Source: Ralstonia sp. UBA689 (lineage in GTDB: Bacteria; Pseudomonadota; Gammaproteobacteria; Burkholderiales; Burkholderiaceae). Taken from it: 32,000 nt of DNA. The stretch is taken from positions 133,777-165,776 of the forward strand of contig NZ_DBMV01000024.1 in assembly GCF_002298975.1 (NCBI RefSeq), written 5' to 3'. The notes beneath the pieces are model-generated. The model was not told the origin of the DNA. It worked only from the letters and a program-made list of their open reading frames with translations, and did not search any database. Position 1 is the first letter of the stretch; each line of letters opens with the position of its first letter. Made by a program: the position numbers and the translations under genes. Below are positions 23,384 through 32,000 of this stretch, one piece after another.

Positions 23384-24639
23384 GAATTCTGGTCTGCGGT
23401 GCAAACGGGTTCATCGGCGCAGCACTTTGCGAGCGGCTGGTGCGGGATTGGCATCTGGTCCTGCGTGGGGTGCGACAACCACGCGGGCCGATGGACGTGG
23501 CCATCGACTACACGACAGACCTGACGCCCGGACAATGGCTGCCGCGATTGCGTGACGTCGATGTCGTGATCAATGCCGTCGGCATCATCGTAGAGCGCGG
23601 GGCGCAGACTTTCGAGAAGTTGCACTATCAGGCACCAGCCGCGCTGTTTCGTGCTTGCCAGGAAGCTGGTGTGCAGCATGTCGTACAAATCTCAGCGCTT
23701 GGCGCGGACTCCGGTGACACCGCCTACTTCCAAAGCAAATATCGTGCGGACTTGGCATTACTGGCGCAGCCGATGCGTGTTCACGTCGTGCGGCCTGCTC
23801 TGGTGTATGGCCCGGCGGGTACGTCGGCACGTATGTTCCGGGCGTTGGCCAGCATTCCGATGCATGGCTTGCCGTCAGGTGGTCAGCAACGCCTGCGCCC
23901 CGTACATATCGACGATCTCGTGGATATGGTGGCGGGCCTGTTGTCCCCCGGGATGGAGTTGCCCGGTCCGTGCATCAACGCCGTCGGTGCGACAGAAACC
24001 ACGTACCGCGAGATGTTGAGCCACTATCGTGCTGCGATGCAGCTGCCGCCCGCATTGGCCATCAGCATCCCAAGCGCCTTGATGCGGATGGCTGTGGCAG
24101 TCGGGGATCGAATTCCCGGCTCTCCATTGACACGCGACACGTGGCGCATGCTGCAGGACGGTAGCACCGGCTCAGACACGTCCACCCGCAGTAGATTGAG
24201 GCGTCACCCGCTTGGCGTGGAAGCGTTCATTTCAAAGGAGGAAGCGAGCGCGCTCCGCCACGAAGCACTGTCCACGTGGCAACTCCCGCTGCTACGTCTC
24301 GCCCTGGCGATTGTGTGGATCTGCACCGCATGGGTAAGTGTCTTTGGGTATCCACGTGCTGATAGCCTTGCGCTGCTGAGCCGCCTGGGCTTGCATGGGT
24401 TGACTGCAGACGCGGCACTCATCGGCGCCAGCGCCCTCGACCTGATGTTCGGTATGGCGACACTCCTCTGGCCCAGTCGACGCTTATGGCTTGCGCAACT
24501 GGTGCTGGTGCTGACCTACAGCCTCCTCATCTGCGTGGCATTGCCGGAGTTTCTCATTCACCCGTTTGGACCGGTGCTCAAGAACATCCCCTTTCTCGCC
24601 GTCCTGATTACGCTGTTCAGCAGCGAGGTGAAATCATGA
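23380..24639 (+). CDS. NAD(P)-binding SDR/epimerase-family domain fused to a C-terminal DoxX-like membrane domain
   Basis: MRILVCGANGFIGAALCERL carries a GxxGxxG Rossmann motif. The C-terminal ~130 aa have four hydrophobic spans (LRLALAIVWICTAWVSVF... FLAVLITLF). The ATGA overlap at 23380-23383 suggests translational coupling. Confidence 0.75.
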   Translation: MRILVCGANGFIGAALCERLVRDWHLVLRGVRQPRGPMDVAIDYTTDLTPGQWLPRLRDVDVVINAVGIIVERGAQTFEKLHYQAPAALFRACQEAGVQHVVQISALGADSGDTAYFQSKYRADLALLAQPMRVHVVRPALVYGPAGTSARMFRALASIPMHGLPSGGQQRLRPVHIDDLVDMVAGLLSPGMELPGPCINAVGATETTYREMLSHYRAAMQLPPALAISIPSALMRMAVAVGDRIPGSPLTRDTWRMLQDGSTGSDTSTRSRLRRHPLGVEAFISKEEASALRHEALSTWQLPLLRLALAIVWICTAWVSVFGYPRADSLALLSRLGLHGLTADAALIGASALDLMFGMATLLWPSRRLWLAQLVLVLTYSLLICVALPEFLIHPFGPVLKNIPFLAVLITLFSSEVKS

Positions 24640-25112
24640 ACGTCTATCTGATGGTGAAAGCCCTGCACGTCCTGTCGTCGGTACTCTTGGTCGGCACCGG
24701 CTTTGGGAGTGCCTTCTATCTGTTCTTCTCCAACCGCACGCGATCGGTGCGCACGATTGCTGAAGTTTCGCGCTTGGTTGTGCGTGCCGACTGGTGGTTC
24801 ACAACGCCGACTGTCCTCTTTCAGCCGCTGTCGGGTCTGTGGCTGGCGCACCACGCAGGCTGGCCGTGGCAAACGCCGTGGATCATGGCATCAGTGGTGC
24901 TGTATGTGCTGGCAGGGGCGTGCTGGTTGCCTGTGGTGTGGCTTCAGATTCGAATGCACCGGACGGCCGTGACGTGCGCGGCACAGGGACATACCGAGTT
25001 GCCCCCAACCTACTGGCGCGATGCGCGTTTTTGGGAGTGGCTGGGCTATCCGGCCTTCGTTGCGATGGTGATCGTCTATTTTCTGATGGTAACGAAGCCA
25101 GCGTTATTCTGA
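24636..25112 (+). CDS. DUF2269 family membrane protein
   Basis: MNVYLMVKALHVLSSVLLVGTGFGSAFYLFF is a typical DUF2269 N-terminus. Four TMs are present. There is an ATGA overlap with the upstream gene. Confidence 0.7.
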   Translation: MNVYLMVKALHVLSSVLLVGTGFGSAFYLFFSNRTRSVRTIAEVSRLVVRADWWFTTPTVLFQPLSGLWLAHHAGWPWQTPWIMASVVLYVLAGACWLPVVWLQIRMHRTAVTCAAQGHTELPPTYWRDARFWEWLGYPAFVAMVIVYFLMVTKPALF

Positions 25113-25213
25113 GACAGAATGCCACCAACCACTTGAGTGGGAAGCGTCATTACCCAGCTCGACGCTTGGCATCCCATGCGCCCAGACATCACGAAACCGA
25201 CCCGGAAGCCGAC

Positions 25214-26053
25214 ATGAGGCTCCTCCCCCAATACGCCACCTGCGTCGCCCTGCTAGCCGGTGCAGCCTCAGCGCACGCGATCGACTGCAAGAGGGCCAGC
25301 AACCGCGTTGAGCACACCATCTGTGCCGACGAAAAACTCAAAACTGCCGATGCGGAGATGGGCAAAGCCTATACGGCTGTCATGCAGCAAGCCGGCAACG
25401 ATAGCGAGTTGCGCGCGATGCTGATACGCAGCCAGAAGCGCTGGATCGAAGCTCGGGACAAACGGTTCGCAGACCCAGTCGATTTTCCGGGCGCACCGAA
25501 TACCAAGGCACTACGCACAAGCCTGCTCCAAGCGATCCGCCAGCGCGCCGAGACACTGAGCGAACGCGGGAAGGTTGCGCCCCGCCTGCTGGAGGCAGCC
25601 CTTGCGCAGCGTAAATTCCTGGCGCAATTCACGGGAGGGGCATTCGCCGGCTTCGAAACCGGATGCGACTTCCTTCCTCACGGTCAACAGCTGAGCTACG
25701 GATGCTTCAGCGAACGCCGCTATCAGAATCTGGATAGGGTATGCACCCTGAAAGACGATTGGGCGAGCGGCGGCTACTACCAGACACGCCTGGTCGGCAA
25801 CGTTGTCGGGGGCCGGCTGGAAACCGTGGCCGCATGCGGCGATGAATCCGAAGGGGGTGCCCCGTGTCCGGACGCAGATGAGCCGCACAAGTCGGCCGCT
25901 GGCTGGAATCTCCATCCCGGCCGTCCGGCCGTGGCGCCAACGGCGCTGCCCAAGCTGGATGCCGAAGCCGAGCTTGGCGCAGAAGACACCGGTTGGCTGC
26001 GCGGCTGCTTGACCGACAGCCGCTACCTGCAGAACGCGGGCGCGGCGCGTTGA
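25214..26053 (+). CDS. secreted protein with an LprI/DUF1311-type N-terminal domain
   Basis: ATCVALLAGAASAHA looks like a signal peptide. IDCKRASNRVEHTICADEKLKTADAEMGKAY...RSQKRWIEARDK matches the DUF1311 pattern. The C-terminal half is Cys-containing and not recognised. Confidence 0.65.
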   Translation: MRLLPQYATCVALLAGAASAHAIDCKRASNRVEHTICADEKLKTADAEMGKAYTAVMQQAGNDSELRAMLIRSQKRWIEARDKRFADPVDFPGAPNTKALRTSLLQAIRQRAETLSERGKVAPRLLEAALAQRKFLAQFTGGAFAGFETGCDFLPHGQQLSYGCFSERRYQNLDRVCTLKDDWASGGYYQTRLVGNVVGGRLETVAACGDESEGGAPCPDADEPHKSAAGWNLHPGRPAVAPTALPKLDAEAELGAEDTGWLRGCLTDSRYLQNAGAAR

Positions 26054-26392
26054 GACGCATGCACCAGGCAATCGACCGTAGTTTCCAGCCCATTGTCGAT
26101 AAGCACGCTTTCTTTCGGTGCACACCTTTATTCTCAGAATGCCTTCGAGGTTGGCCGGCGGCAGCTTCCGTTCAGTAGAAAAGATCGGTGCATTTGGTCC
26201 TGGATGGCTTTGCGCCGCCGGTTTCGTGAAGCCGTTTGCACACGCAATTGGTTTTGCGCACTGTCGAGAAACCGCCGCCAGTTCGGCGGCGTACAAGAAC
26301 TCGCTAGCAAGCTGTGGCCGTCATACATCGACGGTTTTGGTGCTAGGCAATCACGGCAGACGCAAAGCAGCTGAACCGGTATGCACGACCCA

Positions 26393-26584
26393 CTACCGAC
26401 CAAGATCCCGCGCCGACACACCTGCGATACCCCAGTTCTCCTTGGGAACGTCGTGGATCCAAACGCGGACGTTCTCTTTTGGAGCGCCGGTTGCCTCGAC
26501 GAGGGCTGCGGTCACTTTCTCGATCACCGCACGCTTTTGTTCGGTGGTCCGGCCTTCGATCATGTAGATCTGCGCAAACGGCAT
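26393..26584 (-). CDS. dmpI: 4-oxalocrotonate tautomerase
   Basis: 63 aa, MPFAQIYMIEGRTTEQKRAVIEKVTAALVEATGAPKENVRVWIHDVPKENWGIAG, with the catalytic Pro1 after Met removal. This is the classic 4-OT sequence. Confidence 0.9.
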   Translation of the reverse strand: MPFAQIYMIEGRTTEQKRAVIEKVTAALVEATGAPKENVRVWIHDVPKENWGIAGVSARDLGR

Positions 26585-26628
26585 GGTTTTCTCCTTGATG
26601 CCCGCAATACAGTGGAAAGTACCGACGC

Positions 26629-27675
26629 TCAGGCCGCCCGCGCGGGCAACAAGCCGCGCTGGCGAGCCATGGTGAGCGCCGTGTCCTCGATCATGTCTTC
26701 CTGACCGCCCACCATGCCACGTCGGCCGAGCTCGACCAGCAGGTCGCGTGCAGGCACGCCGTACTTCTTTTCCGCACGCTTGGCGAACAGCAGGAAGCTG
26801 CCATACACGCCGGCGTAGCCGAGCGTGAGCGCGTCGCGGTCGATCCGGATGGGGAAATCCATGATGGGCACCACCAGGTCTTCAGCCACATCCTGGATCT
26901 TCCACACGTCCACCCCGGTACGGATGCCCATGCGGTCGCACACCGCCACCAGCACCTCCATCGGCGTATTGCCCGCGCCCGCCCCTAGCCCCGCCGCAGC
27001 CGCGTCGATGCGCGTGGCACCGCACTGGATGGCGGCAATCGAATTGGCGATGCCCATGGCAAGGTTGTGGTGACCGTGAAAGCCCAGCTCGGTTTCCGGC
27101 TTGAGCGCATCGCGCACGGCGGTAAGGCGGGCCTTCACATCGTCGGGCAGCATATAGCCCGCTGAATCGGTGATGTAGATGCAGTTGGCACCGTAGCTCT
27201 CCATCAGCTTGGCCTGCTTGACCAAGCCTTCGGGGCTGTTCATGTGCGCCATCATCAGAAAGCCGACGGTGTCCATGTCGAGCTTGCGCGCGTAGCTGAT
27301 GTGCTGTTCCGAGACATCGGCCTCGGTGCAGTGCGTCGCCACACGGATCGTGTGCACGCCGAGTTCACGCGCCATCTTGAGATGATCGACCGTGCCAATA
27401 CCCGGCAGGAGCAACGCCGAGACCTTGGCTTGCTTCATGAGCGGGATGACGGCGCCCAGGTATTCCTCGTCGCTGTGCGCGGGAAAACCGTAATTGAGCG
27501 ACGAGCCACCCAGACCGTCGCCGTGGGTAACTTCGATCAGGGGTACACCAGCGGCGTCCAGCCCCTGCGCAATGGAGCGCATCTGCTCAAGCGTCATCAG
27601 GTGGCGCTTGGGGTGCATGCCGTCGCGCAGCGTCATGTCGTGAACGGTAATGCTCTTGCCTTGCAGCGTAGTCAT
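26629..27675 (-). CDS. dmpG: 4-hydroxy-2-oxovalerate aldolase
   Basis: [25 protein letters not shown]... gives the DmpG/BphI N-terminus and HMGL-like fold pattern. Confidence 0.9.
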   Translation of the reverse strand: MTTLQGKSITVHDMTLRDGMHPKRHLMTLEQMRSIAQGLDAAGVPLIEVTHGDGLGGSSLNYGFPAHSDEEYLGAVIPLMKQAKVSALLLPGIGTVDHLKMARELGVHTIRVATHCTEADVSEQHISYARKLDMDTVGFLMMAHMNSPEGLVKQAKLMESYGANCIYITDSAGYMLPDDVKARLTAVRDALKPETELGFHGHHNLAMGIANSIAAIQCGATRIDAAAAGLGAGAGNTPMEVLVAVCDRMGIRTGVDVWKIQDVAEDLVVPIMDFPIRIDRDALTLGYAGVYGSFLLFAKRAEKKYGVPARDLLVELGRRGMVGGQEDMIEDTALTMARQRGLLPARAA

Positions 27676-27688
27676 GTGGGGTTCCTCG

Positions 27689-28624
27689 TCAGGCGGTTTC
27701 GATGGCGGGGGCGGCCGAAGTGGCGCGCAGGGTCAGTTCACCCTTGAGAATCTCCTCGGCAAACATCTCGGCGGTGCGCGCAGCGGCGGCGGTCATGATG
27801 TCGAGGTTGCCAGCGTACTTGGGCAGGTAATCGCCCAGGCCCTCGACCTCCAGGAACACGCTCACGCGGTTGCCGTCGAACACCGGGCCGTTGACGAGCT
27901 TGTAGCCCGGCACGTACTTCTGCACCTCTTTGATCATGGCGTGGATCGACGCGGTGATGGCCGCCTGGTCCGGCTCGGTTTCCGTCAGGCAATGCACGGT
28001 ATCGCGCATGATCAACGGCGGCTCGGCGGGGTTGATGACGATGATGGCCTTGCCCTTCTTTGCACCGCCCACGCGCTCGACCGCACCGGCCGTGGTGCGC
28101 GTGAATTCGTCGATGTTCTTGCGCGTGCCCGGCCCCACCGACCGGCTCGACACCGTCGCAACGATCTCGCCATACGCCACCGGTTGCACGCGGCTGACTG
28201 CCGCCACCATCGGGATGGTGGCTTGCCCGCCGCACGTGACCATGTTGACGTTCATCTCGGCGCGGCCGAGGTGCTCTTTCAGGTTGACCGGCGGCACGCA
28301 ATACGGGCCGATGGCAGCGGGTGTGAGGTCAATCATCAATACGCCCAACGCATTGAGCTTGCGGGAGTTCTCCGCATGCACATAGGCGCTGGTGGCATCG
28401 AAGGCAATCTGCACGCCGTCGGCCAGCACGTGCGGAAGCAGCCCATCCACGCCTTCGGCGGTGGTCTTGATGCCCATCTCGCGGGCACGCTTGAGCCCGT
28501 CGGATTCTGGGTCGATACCCACCATCCACACCGGTTCGAGCACGGGGCTGCGCTTGAGTTTGGCCAGCAGATCGGTGCCGATGTTGCCGGGGCCGATCAG
28601 GGCGCATTTGATCTTTTGGGTCAT
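27689..28624 (-). CDS. dmpF: acetaldehyde dehydrogenase (acetylating)
   Basis: [20 protein letters not shown]... is DmpF-like. The start is taken at the ATG at 28624. Confidence 0.9.
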   Translation of the reverse strand: MTQKIKCALIGPGNIGTDLLAKLKRSPVLEPVWMVGIDPESDGLKRAREMGIKTTAEGVDGLLPHVLADGVQIAFDATSAYVHAENSRKLNALGVLMIDLTPAAIGPYCVPPVNLKEHLGRAEMNVNMVTCGGQATIPMVAAVSRVQPVAYGEIVATVSSRSVGPGTRKNIDEFTRTTAGAVERVGGAKKGKAIIVINPAEPPLIMRDTVHCLTETEPDQAAITASIHAMIKEVQKYVPGYKLVNGPVFDGNRVSVFLEVEGLGDYLPKYAGNLDIMTAAAARTAEMFAEEILKGELTLRATSAAPAIETA

Positions 28625-28661
28625 GGTTGCGGTCTCCAATACGCAATGTTCAATTTGGCAT

Positions 28662-29453
28662 TCAATTCACGAAGCGCATCGACACGTTGCCCAGATCCTG
28701 GAAACGCACGGATACGCTGTCGCCCGCTGCCACCGCAATGGCTTCGGTCACGCCGCCGGTCATGATGAAGGTGCCGGCCGGGATTTCCTGGCCACGCGCG
28801 CCCAAATGGTTTGCCATCATGGCCACGGCAGCCGCTGGATGGCCCAGCACCGCAGCACCTGCAGCCATGGCGACGGCGCGGCCGTTCTTCTCCAGCACCA
28901 CGCCCAACGTACGCAGGTCCAGTTCTTCCAGGTTACGGGACCGTCCGCCCACCACGAAGCGCGCGGCCGACGTGTTGTCGGCAATCACGCTCTTGAGGTC
29001 GAACTTGAAATCACGGTACCGGCTGTCAATGATTTCCACTGCGGGAATCACGAAGTCGATCGCTGCCAGAACGCTGCCGACATGGCAGCCCGGGCCACGC
29101 AGCGGCGCCTTGGTGACGATGCAGATCTCCGCCTCCACCTTGGGGTGGATCAGCTCCGACATGCGGATCTCGCTGCCGTCCGCCCGGGCCATGTCTTCAC
29201 TGACAAAGCCGAACACGGGCGTTTCGACCCCCATCTGCTTCATCTTTGCGAAGGAGGTGAGCCCCGCTTTCAGGCCAACGATCTTGAGCCCGCGTGCCTC
29301 CTTGCGGCGACGAATCTCATCCTGGATGTCATAGGCATCGGCCCAATCCATGTCCGGGTATTCGTCGGTGATCTTGGTGATGTCGCGCACTTCCAGTTGC
29401 GCGGATTCCACGTGCGCGGCAAGCGCTTCGATGGTTTGACGATTCAGTGCCAT
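28662..29453 (-). CDS. dmpH: 4-oxalocrotonate (2-oxo-3-hexenedioate) decarboxylase
   Basis: [38 protein letters not shown] and [19 protein letters not shown] match my recollection of DmpH closely. The start is taken at the ATG at 29453. Confidence 0.85.
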   Translation of the reverse strand: MALNRQTIEALAAHVESAQLEVRDITKITDEYPDMDWADAYDIQDEIRRRKEARGLKIVGLKAGLTSFAKMKQMGVETPVFGFVSEDMARADGSEIRMSELIHPKVEAEICIVTKAPLRGPGCHVGSVLAAIDFVIPAVEIIDSRYRDFKFDLKSVIADNTSAARFVVGGRSRNLEELDLRTLGVVLEKNGRAVAMAAGAAVLGHPAAAVAMMANHLGARGQEIPAGTFIMTGGVTEAIAVAAGDSVSVRFQDLGNVSMRFVN

Positions 29454-29482
29454 ATGGGTGTCTCCTCGATGTTGGCGTCGCG

Positions 29483-30265
29483 TCAGATGAAGCGCACCGA
29501 GGTGCCACCGAGGCCGCCTACGCTGCAGTAAAGACTGTCGCCCGGCTTGACCGGCACGAGCGGCGATTGCGAGCCGGACAGAATGACATCCCCTGCCTTG
29601 AGCGCGATGCCAAGCCGCCCCAGCGTATTGGCCAGCCACGCCACCGCGTTGACGGGCGAGCCTTGCACCGAGGCGCCACAGGAGGTGCTCACGATCTCAC
29701 CGTTCTTCTCCAGCACCATGCCGGCCAGCGCCAGATCGAGATCGCGCGGGCTCCGGCACGTGCCGCCCAGCGTGAAGACACCGCACGAGGCGTTGTCGGC
29801 CACGGTGTCCTGAATCTTGATCTTCCAGTCGCGGATGCGCGAATCGACGATCTCGAAGCACGGCATCACGTAGTCCGTCGCACGCAGCACATCAGCTGCC
29901 GTCACCCCTGGGCCGCACAGATCGCGCGCAAGCACGAAAGCCACTTCCGCTTCGGCCTTGGGCGCGATCATCTTGCTGGTGTCGACCGGCTCGCCTTCGT
30001 TGAACACCATGCCCGAAAGCAGATGGCCGAAGTCGGGTTGGTTCACACCCAGCATGTCCATCACAACCTGGCTGGTCACGCCGATCTTCTTGCCGATCAC
30101 GGTTTCGCCCGCCTCAATGCGGCGGCCGATCATGCGCAATTGGATCTGATAGGCGTCGTCGATGGTGATACCGGGCTCACGGTCGGTCAGCGGCTCCACC
30201 GGTGTGCGTGAGAGCAACGATTCGTAAAGCGCATCGCCGTAGTGTTGGATCTTGAGAGCGTCCAT
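29483..30265 (-). CDS. dmpE: 2-oxopent-4-enoate hydratase
   Basis: VIGKKIGVTSQVVMDMLGVNQPDFGHL and VDSRIRDWKIKIQDTVADNASCGVF match my recollection of DmpE. The start is taken at the ATG at 30265. Confidence 0.85.
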   Translation of the reverse strand: MDALKIQHYGDALYESLLSRTPVEPLTDREPGITIDDAYQIQLRMIGRRIEAGETVIGKKIGVTSQVVMDMLGVNQPDFGHLLSGMVFNEGEPVDTSKMIAPKAEAEVAFVLARDLCGPGVTAADVLRATDYVMPCFEIVDSRIRDWKIKIQDTVADNASCGVFTLGGTCRSPRDLDLALAGMVLEKNGEIVSTSCGASVQGSPVNAVAWLANTLGRLGIALKAGDVILSGSQSPLVPVKPGDSLYCSVGGLGGTSVRFI

Positions 30266-30290
30266 ATGAAGGTCTGCGTAAAAGGTGGGT

Positions 30291-31142
30291 TCAGGCGACT
30301 GCGCCGGCATCGGCTTCGGCCAGGAAGTTGTTCACCAATTGGGCAAAGCGCGCGCTGTGCTCAATCTGTGTCCAGTGCCCGCAATGGCCGAAAACGTGCA
30401 GTTGGCTGTTAGGAATCCAGTCGGCCAGCGTGAGCGAGTTGGATACCGGGATCACCTGATCTTCGCGCCCATGCAACACCAGTGTTTCGTGCGGCAGCGC
30501 GCGGATGTCGGCTTCGGCGCTCGCCATGGCGTCTACCCAGCGCTGCCGCGGGGCGGGGAACATGGCGGCGTACGATTCCTGCACGCCAGGCACGATGGTG
30601 GCTTCGTAGCGCAATTTCGCGAGTTCGTCGGTCATGCGGCTGCGGTCGTAGGCGAACAGGTCCAGCAGGCCGCGCATGGCCGCCAGCGACGGCGTATAGC
30701 CCCACACGGCATCCAGCGCCGGCGTGATCGCAAACGGCACACCCACCGCGCCCATCAGCACCAGCCGCCGCACACGCTCGGGCGCGCGAATGGCGAGCGC
30801 CAGTGCCAGCCCGCCGCCAAAGGAGTTGCCGACCAGATCGACCTGCGGCAAGCCCAGTGCATCCAGCAGGTCGATGGCCTGCTGCACCCACACATCCATG
30901 TTGTAGACCTGACCGGCGGGCCGGTCGCTCTGTCCGAAGCCAAGCATGTCGGGGGCGATCACGCGGCGCTCGCGCGCCAGCGCAGGCATCACCAGCCGCC
31001 AGTTGGCCCACGCGCTCACGCCCGGGCCGGACCCGTGTATCAGCAGCACCGGTGCGCCCTGCCCGATATCGTGAACATGGGTTTGCACCGCGCCCGTGCG
31101 GACGTAACGGGCATCCGCCCCTTCAAGGTTGATCGTGCTCAT
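30291..31142 (-). CDS. dmpD: 2-hydroxymuconate semialdehyde hydrolase (alpha/beta hydrolase)
   Basis: LLIHGSGPGVSAWANWR and the nucleophile elbow LVGNSFGG are present. The ATG at 31142 overlaps the dmpC stop (ATGA). Confidence 0.85.
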   Translation of the reverse strand: MSTINLEGADARYVRTGAVQTHVHDIGQGAPVLLIHGSGPGVSAWANWRLVMPALARERRVIAPDMLGFGQSDRPAGQVYNMDVWVQQAIDLLDALGLPQVDLVGNSFGGGLALALAIRAPERVRRLVLMGAVGVPFAITPALDAVWGYTPSLAAMRGLLDLFAYDRSRMTDELAKLRYEATIVPGVQESYAAMFPAPRQRWVDAMASAEADIRALPHETLVLHGREDQVIPVSNSLTLADWIPNSQLHVFGHCGHWTQIEHSARFAQLVNNFLAEADAGAVA

Positions 31143-32000
31143 AGCTTCACCATCACGTTGCGCAGCTCGGTATAGAACTCCAGCGAATGCACGCCGCCCT
31201 CGCGGCCAATGCCAGAAGCCTTGGCGCCGCCGAATGCCGTGCGCAGGTCGCGCAGGAACCAACTGTTGATCCAGCACAGCCCCACCTCAACGGCGCGCGC
31301 CATGCGGTGCGCCGTGCCCAGGTTTTGCGTCCACACCGTGGTCGCCAGGCCGTAATCCGTGGCGTTGGCCAGCGCGATGGCCTCCTCCTCGGTGTCGAAC
31401 GGGGCAATGTGGCAGCAGGGGCCGAAGATCTCTTCGCGAATCACGCGAGCGCTCTCAGGCAGGCCTGTCCAGATGGTGGGCTGCACCCAGTGGCCTTCGG
31501 CCAGCGCAGCGGGCATGTCCGGCGCACCGCCACCGGTGACCACCGTGGCACCCTCTGCCCGGGCCAGTTCGTAATAGGACATGACCTTGGCTTTGTGCTC
31601 GGCAGAAATCAGCGGCCCCAGGCCCACGCCCGGCTCGCCGGAGGGTCCGATCTTGAGCGCCTCGGCCTTCTCTTTGAGCGCCTGAACAAACTTGTCGAAG
31701 ATCGGCCGCTGTACGTAGACACGCTCGGTGCCCAGGCAGACCTGCCCGCAGTTCTCGAATGCGCTGCGTGTGATGCCGGCCACCGCCTTGTCGAAGTCGG
31801 CATCGGCAAAGACGATGCCCGCGTTCTTGCCGCCCAGCTCGAAGCTCACCGGCCGCACACCCTTGGCGGCCGCGGCCATGATGGCCTCGCCCGTACGCGT
31901 CTCGCCCGTGAAGGTGATGCCATTGACGCCGGGGTGCCGCGTCAGGAACTCGCCAGCAGAGCCCGGCCCGAAGCCGTGCAGCACGTTGTAGACACCCTTC
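31139..32000 (-). CDS. dmpC: 2-hydroxymuconic semialdehyde dehydrogenase, N-terminus outside window
   Basis: This is the C-terminal half of an aldehyde dehydrogenase (ITFTGETRTGEAIM, FELGGKNAGIVF, FENCGQVCLGTERVYV). The frame stays open to the window edge. Confidence 0.85.
   Translation of the reverse strand, partial: KGVYNVLHGFGPGSAGEFLTRHPGVNGITFTGETRTGEAIMAAAAKGVRPVSFELGGKNAGIVFADADFDKAVAGITRSAFENCGQVCLGTERVYVQRPIFDKFVQALKEKAEALKIGPSGEPGVGLGPLISAEHKAKVMSYYELARAEGATVVTGGGAPDMPAALAEGHWVQPTIWTGLPESARVIREEIFGPCCHIAPFDTEEEAIALANATDYGLATTVWTQNLGTAHRMARAVEVGLCWINSWFLRDLRTAFGGAKASGIGREGGVHSLEFYTELRNVMVKL

Noticed and set aside
26054-26392. 340-bp gap between the LprI-like gene and the end of the meta operon, examined for small ORFs, pseudogene fragments or an sRNA
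   Set aside because: The overlapping track ORFs have no RBS, motif or protein-like composition. The only feature seen is a weak 7-bp hairpin (CGCCGCC-agttc-GGCGGCG, about 26272-26290) without a T-run.
27650-29531. Two long plus-strand ORFs (371 and 379 aa) antisense to dmpF/dmpH
   Set aside because: The minus strand encodes unmistakable meta-pathway enzymes. The plus-strand translations are low complexity (H/R/G/A-rich).
1-32000. tRNA, rRNA, CRISPR arrays, IS elements or a tRNA-type phage attachment site
   Set aside because: No cloverleaf-like sequence was seen adjacent to the prophage. No regularly spaced direct repeats and no transposase-like ORF were seen. The prophage ends are fully explained by the dif duplication.

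Overview
High-GC chromosome segment, probably betaproteobacterial (Ralstonia/Cupriavidus/Burkholderia-like; the genus is a guess from gene content). It has three blocks.

(1) 1-14.85 kb is a stress and low-oxygen style cluster. It holds a 5'-truncated erythromycin-esterase-like gene, a secreted protein, an orphan GroEL paralog with a BCAM0308-type zinc-ribbon protein, and a DUF3300/DUF2950 secreted pair. It also holds an FtsH paralog, an LRAT/NlpC-P60-like protein with a small partner, an Hsp20 / beta-CASP MBL hydrolase / Prs-like phosphoribosyltransferase operon, DUF1488, and a long thymidine/AMP-phosphorylase-family protein. Six of the seven transcription units carry an FNR/Anr-type box upstream, and two boxes are perfect TTGAT-N4-ATCAA.

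(2) 14.87-22.10 kb is a complete filamentous (inovirus, RSS/CTX-like) prophage of about 7.2 kb inserted at the chromosomal dif site. It is flanked by a 17-bp exact repeat. It has no integrase or secretin. It carries a repressor whose 3' end is swapped by integration, an operator/iteron array, and a secreted DUF4124 cargo gene.

(3) 22.1-32 kb holds a GbsR/MarR-type regulator that looks leaderless, followed by a three-gene membrane/SDR operon and an LprI/DUF1311-like secreted protein. On the minus strand is a catechol meta-cleavage lower-pathway operon (dmpC-D-E-H-F-G-I order, dmpC truncated by the window edge).

No rRNA, tRNA or CRISPR array was seen. All family assignments come from reading the translations and motifs by eye; no database search or computation was possible.
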